NCBI GenBank assembly: GCA_964554435.1
Contig: CAZKOO010000004.1
Coordinates: forward strand, 2,116 to 66,115
Reading direction: 5' to 3'
Length of the DNA stretch: 64,000 bases
Source of the DNA: an uncultured Candidatus Peribacteria bacterium
GTDB lineage: Bacteria; Patescibacteriota; Gracilibacteria; Peribacterales; Peribacteraceae
Shown here: positions 61,232 to 64,000 of the stretch, piece after piece
Layout of the letters: every line of letters begins with the position of its first letter
Position numbering within the stretch: position 1 is the first letter of the stretch
Notes under the pieces: generated by a model
Told to the model about the DNA's origin: nothing
Databases searched by the model: none
The model's input: only the letters and a program-made list of their open reading frames with translations
Made by a program: the position numbers and the translations under genes

Positions 61232-61747
61232 ATGGACATTCACCCAATCGTCGTGCATTTCCCCATCGCACTTCTCACCATCTATTCTGGCATGGAATTG
61301 TTTGTCTATGGAACACTTCAACAAAAACTGTGGTGGGTGCCAATGAAAAGATTTCTCCTTATTATAGGAACCATTGGAGGTTTTTTTGCGATTCTCACAG
61401 GAGGAGTTGCGGCAGATGTGTATGAACAAACCGATACCATGGCACTTGTAGAAATGCATGAACTCTTCGCACAACTTTCCATTGGACTCTATGCTCTTCT
61501 GATGATTCGCGAGTGCCTTCTTTTAAGTTTGGAAGAAGGATGGATTCACGAACCACTGCGTCTGTGTGGATGTCCTTCACAAAAGTTTGAAACGATGATT
61601 CATCGCTTCTTTCCATCACTTCTCACCCCCTTCTTTTCGAGCATTGCATTCATCGCACTCTCCATTACAGGTGCACTTGGCGGGGCAATTGTGTATGGAC
61701 CAAATGTGGACCCTATTGTGTCATTTTTCTATCACCTCTTTTTCTAA
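61232..61747 (+). CDS. DUF2231-like membrane protein
   Basis: MDIHPIVVHFPIALL start and 4 TM segments. Confidence 0.6.
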   Translation: MDIHPIVVHFPIALLTIYSGMELFVYGTLQQKLWWVPMKRFLLIIGTIGGFFAILTGGVAADVYEQTDTMALVEMHELFAQLSIGLYALLMIRECLLLSLEEGWIHEPLRLCGCPSQKFETMIHRFFPSLLTPFFSSIAFIALSITGALGGAIVYGPNVDPIVSFFYHLFF

Positions 61748-61750
61748 GAG

Positions 61751-62614
61751 ATGTCAGAAGTAGATCTTTACTATGATGCACTGGGCACGACATTTGATGT
61801 GCATCTTTTTTCAGATCATGAGCAGGATGCCGTTGATCAATCTATTCGAGACTATTTGATTCTCTTTGAAAACAACTACTCACGCTTTCGCAATGATTCA
61901 CTACTTTCCTCTTTTGCGCATCAAGTAGGCATCATCGAGGTACCTGAAGAATGTGTGTCGATGATCCAATTTTTTGAAACGATAGAATCTCTGACAGATG
62001 GCATCTTTACACCCTGCATTGGCAGAGCATTGCATGACATTGGGTACGATCGAGACTATTCTTTTGTCGAAAAAAAAGAGAAGATGATCATCCCTCGACT
62101 CTCTGATGTTGTGCGGATGATTGACGAACAGCACATCGAACTACTGCAACCATTCCTCTTTGACTTTGGAGGCATTGCAAAAGGATGGTGCATCGATTCT
62201 ATTGCAACAATTCTTGAGCGCTTTCATCACAGTTCTTTTTTGATCAATGGAAGTGGAGATGTGCTCTATCGCGGAGAAAAAACTCTCCGATGTGGGCTCG
62301 AAGACCCTCACGATGCATTGAAAGCAATTGGCATCTTTCCTCTTACTCACGGCTCTCTCTGCGGATCATCTGGGAGTAGGAGAACGTGGGAAAACCATCA
62401 TCATATTGTGAATCCACGTACGCATGAGTCGCCAACAAACATTCTTGCAACGTGGGTGTGGAGCGAGCGAGCTCTCATTGCCGACACACTGGCAACATGT
62501 CTTTTCCTTGTGGAGCCAGATCTTCTCAGTGAGCATTTTTCTTTCGAATATTGCATTCTTCGAGAAGATTTCTCTGTGTCTTGTTCTCCGCATTTTTCTG
62601 CGGAATGGTTGTAA
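61751..62614 (+). CDS. apbE: FAD:protein FMN transferase (ApbE family)
   Basis: 287 aa with the FDFGGIAKGWCID motif. Confidence 0.8.
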   Translation: MSEVDLYYDALGTTFDVHLFSDHEQDAVDQSIRDYLILFENNYSRFRNDSLLSSFAHQVGIIEVPEECVSMIQFFETIESLTDGIFTPCIGRALHDIGYDRDYSFVEKKEKMIIPRLSDVVRMIDEQHIELLQPFLFDFGGIAKGWCIDSIATILERFHHSSFLINGSGDVLYRGEKTLRCGLEDPHDALKAIGIFPLTHGSLCGSSGSRRTWENHHHIVNPRTHESPTNILATWVWSERALIADTLATCLFLVEPDLLSEHFSFEYCILREDFSVSCSPHFSAEWL

Positions 62615-62639
62615 TGTTGCTGTTCTTTTGCATTTCCTC

Positions 62640-62668
62640 TTGCAAAAAAAGAGAGAAAAGACTATACT
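62640..62668 (+). promoter_or_regulatory. Sigma70-like promoter TTGCAA-17-TATACT
   Basis: Lies 26 nt after the apbE stop. No credible ORF follows. Confidence 0.5.
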
Positions 62669-62674
62669 GGTAAG

Positions 62675-63173
62675 ATTTGTTCCTTCACAACAATCTCTTC
62701 CTACTCTCCTGTTACGCTTGATGAGGTGTGCGCAGGGAGAAGGATGGAATCCTCACAAATACACATACACATTTGTCACGCTACTCTCTCTCGGGGGAAA
62801 GGTGGGTAGCATGATTCCATCTTCCTCCCTGCTTCTAGCCTCTGTACGGAAACGATGAGTCAATGCACTCACGCACGTACTCGACTTCAAGCTCCCAACC
62901 ACTCGTGTTGGGATGACAAACACACATAAACGGCACACTACTAGCCGATAGTAGTCGCGACTTTCAGCGCATGAAAGACTACACAAATACACATATCGAC
63001 GGCGCGGTACCGTCATTAAAAAAATCGCAGGACGGTGTAGGGAGATACTCATCACTGCTTTGTCGACAGAGGTGAGGCATCGCTCAATTCACCTCAAACG
63101 AATTGAGTTTTAAACCGGGCATTCGGTCTTGGTATTTTCTTTCGAGAGTATCAGCACCGGATGCCCGTTTTTT
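62675..63173 (+). ncRNA. Candidate structured noncoding RNA (unclassified)
   Basis: Contains a 20-bp long-range stem (62732-62751 with 62813-62832) and at least 8 further hairpins. It ends in a 12-bp stem plus T6. No plausible ORF. No tmRNA, RNase P, SRP, 5S or tRNA motifs were seen. Confidence 0.3.
63116..63173 (+). terminator. Rho-independent terminator (long hairpin + T6)
   Basis: CGGGCATTCGGT (63116-63127) pairs with ACCGGATGCCCG (63156-63167), giving 12 bp including one G-U, followed by TTTTTT. Confidence 0.65.
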
Positions 63174-63277
63174 GGTAGGTAAAGTAGGTATGGAAGGTAG
63201 AGTAGGTATTGTAAGTATGGAAGGCGACAAAAGAATTTTTTCCTTACATCCCTTACCTGCCTGACCTACCTTACCTT
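63174..63277. repeat. Opposed word arrays (GGTAGG/GGTAAG dialect)
   Basis: GGTAGGTAAAGTAGGTATGGAAGGTAGAGTAGGTATTGTAAGTATGGAAGG ... TCCTTACATCCCTTACCTGCCTGACCTACCTTACC. Confidence 0.7.
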
Positions 63278-63292
63278 CTTTTGCATCTTCAT

Positions 63293-63369
63293 CCTTCATT
63301 CATCATCCGCAGGTCATCTGACCTGCTCTGTTTTATTCTTACCTCCCTTACCCACCTTACATACATTAC
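63293..63369. repeat. Second copy of the ~70-bp REP-containing module
   Basis: CCTTCATTCATCATCCGCAGGTCATCTGACCTGCTCTGTTTTATTCTTACCTCCCTTACCCACCTTACATACATTAC. Confidence 0.7.
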
Positions 63370-63470
63370 CGTCGTCTGTTTCTTCTTATTCCCCTGACTC
63401 TTCTGCTTCCTTATTTCCAACTGTCTCGGCATAGCTCTTTGAGAGCGACGACGGATTGATTTCATTAAAT

Positions 63471-64000
63471 TCATCCCTCTGTCTCTCCTGTATCTGTTAC
63501 TGCTACATCCCCTGCTTGCCCTGTCTGTCTGTTTGCATTGGAGTCCCCGACAATGGACGATTCTTCATTTCGTAAAAAGAGAGGAATAAACTCTTCCCAT
63601 GGAATACTGATTCTCTTTTTTTCCTGATCACGCAATACCACTGCATCCATTCTTACTACATCAATAGCATAATTGACTCCTCTGTATGACAATTGATGAG
63701 AGCGCATCATCCAACGATGTACTCTTTCTCGCTCTTTATCTGTAAGAGTAAGAAACGCCTGAGCATGCGCTAAATAGCTTGGTATCGGTTTGCCTTCTTT
63801 CATATGAGAGTTTTCAGGATGATATTCTAGTGTGCCCTCACTGAGTCGCATACCTGAAACTCTCTCTTTTAAACCATGATATCCTTTTGCTAACTTCTCT
63901 ATTCCACCTTCTTCTTTTATAGCATACATCTGCAGTATTTCCTTTCTTACTGCACGCATTGTAGGGCGATTATTTGGATTGTATGATAGCATTTTTGCAA
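63471..64000 (-). CDS. Partial CDS (5' end outside window), possibly the C-terminal region of a Ser/Thr protein kinase
   Basis: The frame is open to the window edge. LSYNPNNRPTMRAVRKEIL resembles kinase subdomain XI. The remaining ~160 aa are unassigned. Confidence 0.35.
   Translation of the reverse strand, partial: AKMLSYNPNNRPTMRAVRKEILQMYAIKEEGGIEKLAKGYHGLKERVSGMRLSEGTLEYHPENSHMKEGKPIPSYLAHAQAFLTLTDKERERVHRWMMRSHQLSYRGVNYAIDVVRMDAVVLRDQEKKRISIPWEEFIPLFLRNEESSIVGDSNANRQTGQAGDVAVTDTGETEG

Noticed and set aside
62424-63055. ORFs 62424-62858 (+) and 62753-63055 (-) in the candidate RNA region.
   Set aside because: The first is an out-of-frame overlap with the apbE 3' end. Both have implausible Cys/Arg/Leu-rich compositions and no RBS.
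62675-63173. Known RNA classes (tmRNA, RNase P RNA, SRP RNA, 5S rRNA, tRNA) for the structured region.
   Set aside because: On either strand there is no GGTTCGA T-loop plus CCA acceptor end and no ..ALAA-type tag frame. There is no GGAAAGTCCGG / ACAGAA..GGCTTA pair for the RNase P P4 helix. No GGAAGCAGCC SRP domain IV was seen either. Only a weak GAAAGTC match was found.
1-64000. Alternative genetic code (UGA recoded, as in some CPR lineages).
   Set aside because: TGA terminates well-defined genes at conserved ends (for example 279-281 and 8071-8073). Long conserved genes (rpoC, fusA, tuf, nrdJ) contain no in-frame TGA.

Overview
This is a 64-kb window of a moderately AT-rich bacterial chromosome that uses the standard genetic code (TGA acts as a stop, and long conserved genes are intact). 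The gene content suggests a small-genome, Patescibacteria/CPR-like organism. That placement is an inference from four-helix-bundle IVS/Avd-like proteins, a lamin-tail-domain nuclease, T4SS-pilin-like repeat proteins, an H+-PPase and shattered ribosomal operons, not a demonstrated result. About 60 credible CDS are present. Housekeeping genes include ychF, nrdJ, ribD, fusA, rpsG, rpsL, rpoC, purN, carA, rny, tuf, rpsJ, rnc, nusB, folP, gmk, purM, hppA, msrA and apbE. There are also two type II toxin-antitoxin pairs, a RAYT transposase, and several orphan genes or operons. No rRNA, tRNA or CRISPR array was found. The main feature of the window is its repeat content. (1) Degenerate 7-nt-period word arrays built around TAG occur in many intergenic gaps, often as opposed pairs. 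(2) A GC-rich hairpin element (CCCTCTCC..GGAGAGGG + GGTTAGGGGTGAGGG) is often fused to those arrays. (3) A REP hairpin family (GGAGCAGG-loop-CCTGCGG) flanks a RAYT gene. Copies of these elements are read through in-frame inside purN, carA, ribD, a CofE-like gene and an LTD-nuclease gene. Other leads: an inverted-repeat-bounded four-helix-bundle gene cassette between carA and purN; a ~0.5-kb ORF-free, hairpin-dense unit with its own promoter and terminator (candidate structured RNA, 62.64-63.17 kb); an AT-rich HEPN-like cassette that appears to truncate ribD; a TA module inside the str operon; an orphan giant-protein operon (30.9-37.4 kb); and two proteins built from triple VirB2-like pilin modules. 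All functional calls come from reading the translated ORFs and motifs. No database search was run.
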